In this document: positions 27,638 through 35,264 of the stretch, in pieces
Numbering within the stretch: the first letter of the stretch is position 1
Layout of the letters: each line of letters opens with the position of its first letter
Origin: an uncultured Bacteroidales bacterium
Lineage (GTDB): Bacteria > Bacteroidota > Bacteroidia > Bacteroidales > UBA3663
Length of the DNA: 64,000 nucleotides
Assembly (NCBI GenBank): GCA_902770595.1
Contig: CACXTQ010000005.1
Coordinates: forward strand, 48,218 to 112,217
Reading direction: 5' to 3'
The notes under the pieces: model-generated
What the model was told of the DNA's origin: nothing
The model's input: only the letters and a program-made list of their open reading frames with translations
Database searches by the model: none
Program-made: the position numbers and the translations under genes

Positions 27638-29764
27638 ATGACCTGGCTTTGGTACCCCGCCGACTTTGAAATCTGGCTCGGCAATCGCTTCAACAACCGA
27701 CGCACCGAACGCGGTGCGATGTTCCCACCCTTCTGGAAACAAGATAGCCATTGGACGACTGTCGAATTCTGTCGCGAATATGAATTGGCAAAGCCCGAAA
27801 CCATCCACATCTATGTGGAGGGCCGTTACAACTTCATGTTCGATGGCAAGTTGCAGTTCGGCGAACCCACCGAATGGTTGGTTCCCGCAGGCCGTCACAA
27901 GATCAACATTAAGGTCCACAATCCCGCCACGCCTCCAGCCCTCTTCATCGAGGGAGAAACCATCAAATCCGACGCCTCCTGGCGCGTCACCCATGAGGAC
28001 AAGATCTGGATTGACGAAAACGGTGTCGCACATGGTTCGGGCATCTACCTCGTCCCAGGATTCTGGAATTTCAATACGCCCTCCGATCGTCCTTCCCTCT
28101 TCCGTCTTGCCCGCGAAGAATGGAAGGCAGTCTCCACGCGCGTCTTGTCAGGCACATCTTCCGACGAATCCTCGAATGGGAAAGCCACAACCCTTCTCGT
28201 CGATTTCGGCAAGGAGGCCATGGGTTACATCGTCCTCAACGGCATCCAAGGCCACGGCATCGTCGAACTCTACTACGGCGAAAGCGAAGCCGAAGCCCTC
28301 GACAAGGACTATTGCGAAACGCTCGACAAACTTGAGGTCGAAACCTGTCCGCGCTTCGTAGTCCCCGAGTCGAAAGCCTTCCGCTTCGTGCAGGTCGTGC
28401 TTCCCGAGGGGATGACGGTCGAAAGCGTCAGCATGGAGTACGAATATTTGCCGCAGGACCTCTCACGCAGTGGTTCATTCGAATGTTCCGACGACGAACT
28501 CAACCGCATCTGGCAGGTCGGGGCTTACACGATGGATCTTACCACGCGCGAATTCATGATGGACGGCATCAAGCGCGACCGCTGGACCTGGTCGGGCGAT
28601 GCCATTCAGTCCTATCTGATGAACTATTACCTGCGCTTCGACAGCGACACGGTGAAGCGCACCATCCGTCAGTTGCGCGGCAAGGATCCCGTCTCGTCCC
28701 ACATCAACACCATCCTCGACTACACCTTCTACTGGTTCAAGTCGGTCTATGACTATTATCAATACACAGGTGACCGCGACTTCGTCTGCGAGATGTATCC
28801 GCGCATGCTCACCCTCATGGACTACTGCCTGGGCCGTCTCTCTGATGGTTGGGCCATCGGCCAGCCCGATGACTGGGTCTTCATCGACTGGGTCGATTTT
28901 CCGATGCACAAGCGTGGCATCGTATGCTTCGAACAGATCCTTTTCTGCAAGAGTCTCGAGACCATGCAGCTCTGCAAGGATCTTGTCGGCCCACTCTCCG
29001 ATCTGCAGATGAGCAACCTGCACCTCTCCTATCCCGATGTGGACTATGGAGCCAAGGCTGCCGAACTCCGCTCGAAAATCGACAAGACCTTCTGGAGCCC
29101 TGCCGCCCATGCCTATCTCCATGCCCTCGAACCCTCAAACCCCTCAAACCTCTCGAACCTTCTCTTAAACCCTCAGGTCAACAAGTTCGCCAGCATGTTT
29201 GCCATCCTCTATGGCTATGTCGACGAGCAGCGCCAACACGAAATCTTGCACAATGTGATGCAGAACCCCAAAGTGCCAGCCATCACCACACCCTACATGC
29301 GCTTCTACGAACTTGCCGCACTCTGCCAACTGGGACAGCACGACGATGTCCTCTCCGAAATCAAGGCCTACTGGGGTGGTATGCTTCGCGAAGGAGCTAC
29401 GACGTTCTGGGAGAAATACAATCCCGAGATGAAGGGCGACGAACACCTCACGATGTACGGTCGTCCCTACGGCAAGTCGCTCTGTCATGCGTGGGGAGCC
29501 AGCCCCGTCTATCTGCTTGGCCGTTATTTCCTCGGCATCGAACCGACTTCTCCAGGTTATACCACATGGCAGGCAAAACCTCATCTATCCAGCCTCGACT
29601 GGATGCGCGGAGCCGTGCCCACTCCTTTCGGCCCCATCCGCATCGAAGTCACCAAGCACCAAGTTACCCTAACCACCCCTCTCGGCATCGGTCCCGGCAC
29701 GCTCTTCATCGATGGAAAAAACATCTCCATTCCACCAGCTCAAACCACAATAATCGACTATTGA
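27638..29764 (+). CDS. GH78-like six-hairpin glycosidase (alpha-L-rhamnosidase family)
   Basis: 708 aa with no signal peptide. DGIKRDRWTWSGD, FWEKYNP and SLCHAWGASPVYLLGRYFLGIEP resemble GH78 catalytic and C-terminal blocks. Confidence 0.6.
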   Translation: MTWLWYPADFEIWLGNRFNNRRTERGAMFPPFWKQDSHWTTVEFCREYELAKPETIHIYVEGRYNFMFDGKLQFGEPTEWLVPAGRHKINIKVHNPATPPALFIEGETIKSDASWRVTHEDKIWIDENGVAHGSGIYLVPGFWNFNTPSDRPSLFRLAREEWKAVSTRVLSGTSSDESSNGKATTLLVDFGKEAMGYIVLNGIQGHGIVELYYGESEAEALDKDYCETLDKLEVETCPRFVVPESKAFRFVQVVLPEGMTVESVSMEYEYLPQDLSRSGSFECSDDELNRIWQVGAYTMDLTTREFMMDGIKRDRWTWSGDAIQSYLMNYYLRFDSDTVKRTIRQLRGKDPVSSHINTILDYTFYWFKSVYDYYQYTGDRDFVCEMYPRMLTLMDYCLGRLSDGWAIGQPDDWVFIDWVDFPMHKRGIVCFEQILFCKSLETMQLCKDLVGPLSDLQMSNLHLSYPDVDYGAKAAELRSKIDKTFWSPAAHAYLHALEPSNPSNLSNLLLNPQVNKFASMFAILYGYVDEQRQHEILHNVMQNPKVPAITTPYMRFYELAALCQLGQHDDVLSEIKAYWGGMLREGATTFWEKYNPEMKGDEHLTMYGRPYGKSLCHAWGASPVYLLGRYFLGIEPTSPGYTTWQAKPHLSSLDWMRGAVPTPFGPIRIEVTKHQVTLTTPLGIGPGTLFIDGKNISIPPAQTTIIDY

Positions 29765-29768
29765 TATT

Positions 29769-30434
29769 TTGAGTGAAGAGACTCTAACAAAACGACAAGC
29801 TATGAATCAAACGAATCGGCTCCACCTCTTGCTACTGTCCTTTGTCGTCATAGTCTTCATATGGTCAGCAATCAATGTGCAGGACACCTATCTCACCTGG
29901 GTACTTGAAGCTGCGCCTGTCATTATCGCACTACCTATCCTCCTCTTCACCTATAAGAAGTTCAAATTCCCCACTTCTATTTATGTCATTATCACCATTC
30001 ACATGGCGCTTTTGCTTGTCGGTGCACATTATTCTTATGCTAAAGTACCCCTTGGTGAATGGATGAAGGATTGGCTCGGCTTCGAACGCAACAACTATGA
30101 TAAGATAGGACACTTCACGCAAGGATTCACACCTGCTCTTGTTTCGGTGGAGATTATTCGTCGCTGCATCCCGCTTACATCTTTCAGGTGGATAAGTTTC
30201 TTCTCGTTCTGCATCTCAATGACCGTTGCAGCCCTCTACGAAATTATCGAATGGCTCTCGTCTTTGGGCAATCCGGAAGATACCGAGGCTTTCCTGGGCA
30301 CACAAGGATACATCTGGGATACACAGTCGGATATGTTCATGTGCCTTTGTGGAACAGTCATCGCACTTCTCCTATTTGGGGCCATTCATCCGTGGTCGTC
30401 GAAAACTCAAACAAGTGAAGAGCGTCAGTCGTGA
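29769..30434 (+). CDS. DUF2238 (YjdF-like) inner-membrane protein
   Basis: 221 aa from a TTG; an alternative ATG at 29802 gives MNQTNRL. Multiple TM spans and a DKIGHFTQGFTPAL block. Confidence 0.6.
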   Translation: MSEETLTKRQAMNQTNRLHLLLLSFVVIVFIWSAINVQDTYLTWVLEAAPVIIALPILLFTYKKFKFPTSIYVIITIHMALLLVGAHYSYAKVPLGEWMKDWLGFERNNYDKIGHFTQGFTPALVSVEIIRRCIPLTSFRWISFFSFCISMTVAALYEIIEWLSSLGNPEDTEAFLGTQGYIWDTQSDMFMCLCGTVIALLLFGAIHPWSSKTQTSEERQS

Positions 30435-30456
30435 CAACCTGCCTTATAACCTTTTT

Positions 30457-30812
30457 TGGCCAAGATTGGTTATTCTCCTCCAGAAGTATGACCTTTCTTG
30501 GCCAAGATTGGGTATGCGCCCACCGAAGAATGACCTTTCCTGGCCAAGATCGGGTATTCTTCCATCGCGGCATGACCTTTCTTGGCCAAGATCGGGTATT
30601 CTTCCATCGCGGCATGACCATTCCTGGCCAAGATTGGGTATGCGCCCATCGCGGCATGACCTTTTCTGGCCAATTGGGTATGCGCCCATCGTGGCATGAC
30701 CTTTCTTGGCCAAAATTGGGTATGCGCCCATCGTGGCATGACCTTTCTTGGCCAAGATTGGGTATAAAACAATCGCGGCATGACCAATCTTAGCCATAAT
30801 TGGTCATGCCGC
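30457..30812. repeat. 8-copy tandem array, 42-bp period, of CTTGGCCAAG-centred imperfect palindromes, closed by a perfect 14-bp-stem hairpin
   Basis: tggcca recurs at 30457, 30499, 30541, 30583, 30625, 30667, 30707 and 30749 (spacings 42,42,42,42,42,40,42). Terminal hairpin: gcggcatgaccaat (30775..30788) / attggtcatgccgc (30799..30812). Confidence 0.95.
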
Positions 30813-30867
30813 TGTTGTAGATTGCTGAATCTCTATTCAAAGCAGGTTTTCTACAATCATATCGTTG

Positions 30868-32676
30868 TCATTTCTGTTTATACCACTCCTGTAACACATA
30901 AAAGGCCTTTTTCTTTTCTCCGTTATCGGAGAAGAGCCCCTTGCGATTGTAGTAGTCCTGAACGCCATTGAGCACACGACGAGGAGAACGGAAGTCCTTC
31001 AGAATCCAGGGAGAGGTTCCTGCCAAGCCCTCAACCTTGTCGAGCATGGCGCAGTTCTCGCGATAGAGGTTCTCCTGGAATTCCTCCGTCCAGCGCTGAT
31101 TCTTCTCCCCATGAAGTCCATATTTTGCGCCACCGCCGAACTCGCTGACGATGACAGGCTTGTCGTAAGGAATTTCCCATGACATCTTCGCCGCATCATT
31201 CACATCACGATACCAGCCGATGTATTGGTTGAAACTTACTACATCGACATACTCGTGCATATTGTCCTGCAGACGATTCTTGAAGTTGGAAGCCGATGTA
31301 ACCTCCATCGCCATGGATATGAGACGTGAGTTGTCGAGCGAACGAGCGTGCAGCGCCAAACGACTCAGGAACTGGTCGCGTTCGGGCGAATGGGGCGTTT
31401 CGTTGGCAATGCTCCAGATGATGACATTGGCGCGGTTCTGATCGCGCAGAATCATGTCGGTCAACTGGCGCTCGGCATTCTTGTAGGTGTCAGGATTGGT
31501 CCATGCAATGGTCCAATAGACAGGAATCTCCGACCAGACGAGAATGCCCATTCGCTCTGCCTCGCGCACGGCATATTCGTTATGGGGATAATGAGCAAGG
31601 CGAACGAAGTTACAGCCCAGTTCCTTTGCCCATGAAAGCAGCGTGTGGGCATCTTCGGTCGAATTGGCACGTCCTCCACCATTGGGCTTCTCCTCTTGGA
31701 TGCTGATTCCTTTGAGGAAGATAGGTTGACCATTGAGCAGCAACTGTTTGCCACGTGTCTCGATGGTGCGGAAGCCAATCTCATCCTTGATAACTTCTTC
31801 GCCCAACCGAATCTCAACCTGATAGAGTTTGGGATTCTCGGGTGACCAAAGCTGCACTTTCTTGGCCTTCATGGTAACTAAAGCCGTGCCTTCATTATCG
31901 GTCGTAACAACCTGATGCAGTTTCAATTCCGGAACATCGAGCGTGACTTGTTTTCCTGCCTCCGCCTTATTGAGTTTGACGCTGAATGTGACGGGACGAG
32001 CGCCCCGTTTGTCAACCTCCAAACTGGCGAGACGGAGGCGATAATTCTCTACATACGTGGGTGAAACATCGATGAGCAGCACGTCGCGTGTGATGCCGCC
32101 ATAGTTCCACCAGTCGAAGATTTGGGTAGGAACGTTCTCAGCATGGCGCTTGTTATCGACCTTGAGGATGACGAAGTTTTCTCCCTCCTTCAACTCATCA
32201 GTCACATCGTAGTTGAAAGGCGTGAAACCTCCGACATGGTGTCCGACAAACTTGCCATTGACATAGACATGTGCATCGTAGTTGACTGCACCGAAATAGA
32301 GCAGGGTGCGATGGTCTCCGTTGGGACGCCAGTCGAAAGAGCGCTTGAACCACACCGTACCCTCATAGAAGAACAATCGTTCATCCTGCGTATTCCAATC
32401 GCCAGGCACCTGCATGGTCGGAGCCTTGTCGAAGTCGTACTCGATGAGGTCTTCGGGACGCTGAGGCTTGGCATTGACGAAAAAGCCCCAACGCATAGGC
32501 TTCATACGATAGTCGTAATAGCCCTCCTCCTGCACATCGACAATATAGTTCCAGGAGCCATTGAGCGAAGTTGTCTGACGTGCCAATACATTTGCCACTT
32601 GTGGCACCTCGTCGGCCAAGGCTAAAGCAGTCGACGAAAAGCATAGAACCGCAAGCGACAACAAAACATTTTTCAT
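30868..32676 (-). CDS. Glycoside hydrolase family 2 (beta-glucuronidase/beta-galactosidase-like)
   Basis: Start trimmed to MKNVLLSLAVLCFSSTALA (ATG 32676). Sugar-binding, Ig-like and TIM-barrel order; NFVRLAHYPH and WSIANE (acid/base Glu) blocks. Confidence 0.85.
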   Translation of the reverse strand: MKNVLLSLAVLCFSSTALALADEVPQVANVLARQTTSLNGSWNYIVDVQEEGYYDYRMKPMRWGFFVNAKPQRPEDLIEYDFDKAPTMQVPGDWNTQDERLFFYEGTVWFKRSFDWRPNGDHRTLLYFGAVNYDAHVYVNGKFVGHHVGGFTPFNYDVTDELKEGENFVILKVDNKRHAENVPTQIFDWWNYGGITRDVLLIDVSPTYVENYRLRLASLEVDKRGARPVTFSVKLNKAEAGKQVTLDVPELKLHQVVTTDNEGTALVTMKAKKVQLWSPENPKLYQVEIRLGEEVIKDEIGFRTIETRGKQLLLNGQPIFLKGISIQEEKPNGGGRANSTEDAHTLLSWAKELGCNFVRLAHYPHNEYAVREAERMGILVWSEIPVYWTIAWTNPDTYKNAERQLTDMILRDQNRANVIIWSIANETPHSPERDQFLSRLALHARSLDNSRLISMAMEVTSASNFKNRLQDNMHEYVDVVSFNQYIGWYRDVNDAAKMSWEIPYDKPVIVSEFGGGAKYGLHGEKNQRWTEEFQENLYRENCAMLDKVEGLAGTSPWILKDFRSPRRVLNGVQDYYNRKGLFSDNGEKKKAFYVLQEWYKQK

Positions 32677-32680
32677 AGCA

Positions 32681-33835
32681 TTATTCCCATTTGAGTAATA
32701 CATACCAGGCTCCGGCGCAAGCCAGGAGCGTGGTTCCGAAGACGATGAGAAGCTGCCACCAGGTCATGGGGTTGGCAATGTACTGGAAGTCCTTCCATTC
32801 CTTGCGCTGCCAAAGCTGGATATTCTCGCGAAGCCAGTTGGCAAACTCCTGCAGATTGAGAGGTTCGCCATCGTGGTCGCGTGCCCAGCTTTCGAGGGCA
32901 AGCTCCATCCGAGGTTCGTCCATCCAACTGAAGGCATTGCACCAACGGAGCACGTAGGGATCCTCACCGATATCGTCCGAAGAATCGCTCACCTTGGGAC
33001 GCTCCACGCCCAGACAGATGGTAAACTCGTTCTTGTTGCCGCCGTGCCAGTAGGCACGCTGCTTCTCGCCTATCGTCAGGCCCTTGCTCGCATCGTATAG
33101 GAGCACGAAGAAGTGCACCTGGCACGAACTGCCCATCGAGGCATTGAGCAACTGGAAGGCTCGCTGGTCGGCATCGGTGGCTATGTCGAGTCCCAAGATG
33201 GGTTGCTGTTCGTAGTTGTGGATTGCAGGATAGTCGTAAAGGCCAAGTTCCTGTGCCGCCTGCCTGGAAATCTCCTCATAGCGGAAGATGGAGTTCGAGC
33301 GGTCGAGCGGGTTGTTATAACGATGGGGATAGGTCTGCGTCTGCATGTGCTCGACGACCTGATCCCACACGCAAAGGTCGCCGCCGCCACCTGCCACACA
33401 ATTGGCGTGGAAGGTCGAGAAGTAGGAAACATGTCCTCCCCATAGCCATACCAACTGATCGAAGATGGCGTGTGAAATGTTCTCAACATGGCCGGTATTG
33501 AGTGTCCACGTCCAATATTCGGGGTGATGGACATAACGAACGCGCGTCACTGTCCGCGTATTACCCCTTCCGTCGCGGACGGTCTCGGTATAAACCTGGC
33601 GCTCGGTCCACTCACGATAGTGGCGTACCTCGGTGACATAGCCGCTGAGGAACTCGGTATCGAAACCGGCATAGCGTGCCCCTTTGTGTGCCAAGCCCAC
33701 TATACCTTCGGTCACAGCAAGTACTACCGCGTATGCCACATAGGGTACACAGTAGGCGTCACCCCCTCCTTGATTAACCCACAGCCAGTGGGCAAAGAGG
33801 GTAATCGGCGGAAGAAGATAGGCTAAGCGATGCAA
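32681..33835 (-). CDS. Hypothetical membrane protein (2 N-terminal TM + 1 C-terminal TM, roughly 300-aa central domain), unassigned
   Basis: 384 aa. The only in-frame start is the TTG at 33835. Coding-like composition. Its stop lies 4 nt before the GH2 ATG. Confidence 0.5.
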   Translation of the reverse strand: MHRLAYLLPPITLFAHWLWVNQGGGDAYCVPYVAYAVVLAVTEGIVGLAHKGARYAGFDTEFLSGYVTEVRHYREWTERQVYTETVRDGRGNTRTVTRVRYVHHPEYWTWTLNTGHVENISHAIFDQLVWLWGGHVSYFSTFHANCVAGGGGDLCVWDQVVEHMQTQTYPHRYNNPLDRSNSIFRYEEISRQAAQELGLYDYPAIHNYEQQPILGLDIATDADQRAFQLLNASMGSSCQVHFFVLLYDASKGLTIGEKQRAYWHGGNKNEFTICLGVERPKVSDSSDDIGEDPYVLRWCNAFSWMDEPRMELALESWARDHDGEPLNLQEFANWLRENIQLWQRKEWKDFQYIANPMTWWQLLIVFGTTLLACAGAWYVLLKWE

Positions 33836-33846
33836 TTTACTTAAAT

Positions 33847-34016
33847 GATATTAAGGGATATTTGGGGATATTAAGGGATATTTGGGGACGTTACCTTCGC
33901 CATGTAGAAGATGGGGAAAGCTAACAATTGTTAATTGTTATATTAATTGTTAATTGAACAAACGTCCCTTAGAATCCCTTAAAATCTCTTAGAATCACTT
34001 AAAATCCCCTAGAATT
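33847..34016. repeat. Composite 170-bp imperfect palindrome built from 10-bp words around a TTAATTG core
   Basis: Left arm: gatattaagggatatttggg x2 (33847..33886). Centre: caattgttaattgttatattaattgttaattg (33925..33956). Right arm: cccttagaat|cccttaaaat|ctcttagaat|cacttaaaat|cccctagaat (33966..34015). ggacgtt and aacgtcc mark the inner arm ends. Confidence 0.85.
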
Positions 34017-34548
34017 ATTTCTTCTTGAAAAGTTCGACTTCGTCATCAATGCCCGTCGTGGTGACAGTCTTGGTGCGGGTGCTTGAGATGATCTTGTAGT
34101 CGATCTTGCTCTTGTTCGAAATGAAGAACTTGGCAGGAATGGTCTCGAGGAGTGTTTCACGCTGACGGATGATGTCGAGCATGCGTGTCTGCGCCTGGGT
34201 GAAATAGGAACGCTGCACCTCGATGGCCTGCATCAAGTCCTTGTAGAGAGAGGTATCGAAGTCGGGGTTACTCTCCTGAATCCACTTCATAGCCGTGCTG
34301 CCGTCCTGGCTGTAACGGCCAGAAATGATTTCGGGGTAAATCTTCTCGAACGTTTCACGATACTCGTCGGTGACACCGGCCTTCTGCTGGATAACCTTCC
34401 ACATCTGGTCGTGTACGCTCTCTACCTTGCCCTTCTGAGCCTCTGCCTCCTTGCGAAGAGCAACCTCCTGGTTGTTGTAAACGATATACATGCCGATGAG
34501 AATGATGACCACAACGGCAATGACCGCAATTAAAATCAAAGTTGCCAT
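34015..34548 (-). CDS. LemA-like single-pass membrane protein
   Basis: 177 aa. N-terminal TM followed by YNN..., and a C-terminal ...IEVQRSYFTQAQTRMLDIIRQRETLLETIPAKFF laid out like the LemA R..YN...FP block. A divergent match. Confidence 0.5.
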   Translation of the reverse strand: MATLILIAVIAVVVIILIGMYIVYNNQEVALRKEAEAQKGKVESVHDQMWKVIQQKAGVTDEYRETFEKIYPEIISGRYSQDGSTAMKWIQESNPDFDTSLYKDLMQAIEVQRSYFTQAQTRMLDIIRQRETLLETIPAKFFISNKSKIDYKIISSTRTKTVTTTGIDDEVELFKKK

Positions 34549-34622
34549 GTTTCTGATGGATAATTGATAGTTTATAATAAATAAATGTACTCTCTAAAGA
34601 AAAATGAAGTGTTTCAACGCCG

Positions 34623-34630
34623 CAAAGATA
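34623..34630 (-). promoter_or_regulatory. -7 box TATCTTTG (minus strand) upstream of the LemA-like gene
   Basis: The plus strand reads caaagata. Confidence 0.55.
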
Positions 34631-34798
34631 AACACTAAATCGTGATTGTGCAAATTTTTTGGCGAAAATATTTTGTCGAAGCGCAAAAACCATTATTTTT
34701 ATGCAAACAAACGTTAACAAACGCGCAAAAATACAACTATTTTGTAAAATTATCTTAAATGTAATATACTTTGCAATACAAGGTACTAAAATAATGCA

Positions 34799-34806
34799 TA
34801 TATTTG
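34799..34806 (+). promoter_or_regulatory. -7 box TATATTTG upstream of padR
   Basis: Exact TAnnTTTG, 57 nt before the ATG at 34863. Confidence 0.55.
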
Positions 34807-34862
34807 CAGCGGCAAAACAAAATATCCGAAAAAAAAACCTCTTACATAATAAAAGTATCAAT

Positions 34863-35213
34863 ATGAATACGGAAAACGCTAAATCGCAGATGCGGAAAGG
34901 AATGCTGGAGTATTGCATCCTTCTCTTGCTGCACAAAGGGCCGGCCTACGCCTCCGACATCATTCAGCAGCTTAAAGAGGCCCAACTCATCGTGGTGGAA
35001 GGAACCCTCTATCCCCTGCTGACACGCCTGAAGAACGATAGGCTGCTGAAGTACGAATGGCAGGAATCGACCCAAGGGCCTCCGCGCAAATACTACGCGC
35101 TGACGCTCGATGGTGAGGAATTCCTCCGACACCTCGACTCGGCCTGGAACGAGTTGACCAACACCGTCAACATCCTCCACAATGGCAGCGAAGTCGTCAT
35201 TTCCCAACAATAA
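34863..35213 (+). CDS. PadR-family transcriptional regulator
   Basis: Start trimmed to MNTENAK. GMLEYCILLLLHKGPAYASDIIQQL...EGTLYPLLTRLKNDRLL...RKYYALT is a canonical PadR winged helix. Confidence 0.9.
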   Translation: MNTENAKSQMRKGMLEYCILLLLHKGPAYASDIIQQLKEAQLIVVEGTLYPLLTRLKNDRLLKYEWQESTQGPPRKYYALTLDGEEFLRHLDSAWNELTNTVNILHNGSEVVISQQ

Positions 35214-35264
35214 AATAATGTATATAAAGGAAACCAAATCATCAAACATCAAAACGTCAAGAAT

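Noticed and set aside
27666-29772. 231-aa and 282-aa alternative plus-frame ORFs (27666..28361, 28924..29772) rich in R/P/S/T
   Set aside because: They are out-of-frame shadows of the GH78-like gene, with the composition typical of an off-frame GC-rich translation.
30226-30797. Five overlapping ORFs (WPRLGMRPSRHDLS-type repeats) and a possible CRISPR array
   Set aside because: The ORFs arise from a stop-free 42-bp (3n) tandem repeat, with all six frames open and no start context. It is not a CRISPR array because the units are contiguous, the variable part is only about 15 bp and itself repeats, and no cas genes are nearby.
33847-34016. Invertible-promoter (phase-variation) switch flanked by inverted repeats
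   Set aside because: The arms are imperfect, no TAnnTTTG box lies in either orientation inside, and no site-specific recombinase is nearby. It is kept only as a palindromic element.
34355-34936. 193-aa minus-strand ORF overlapping the LemA-like N-terminus and the padR promoter region
   Set aside because: It is out of frame with the LemA-like gene and runs through AT-rich promoter DNA, including both -7 boxes. Its sequence is non-protein-like (FFFRIFCFAAANICIIL).
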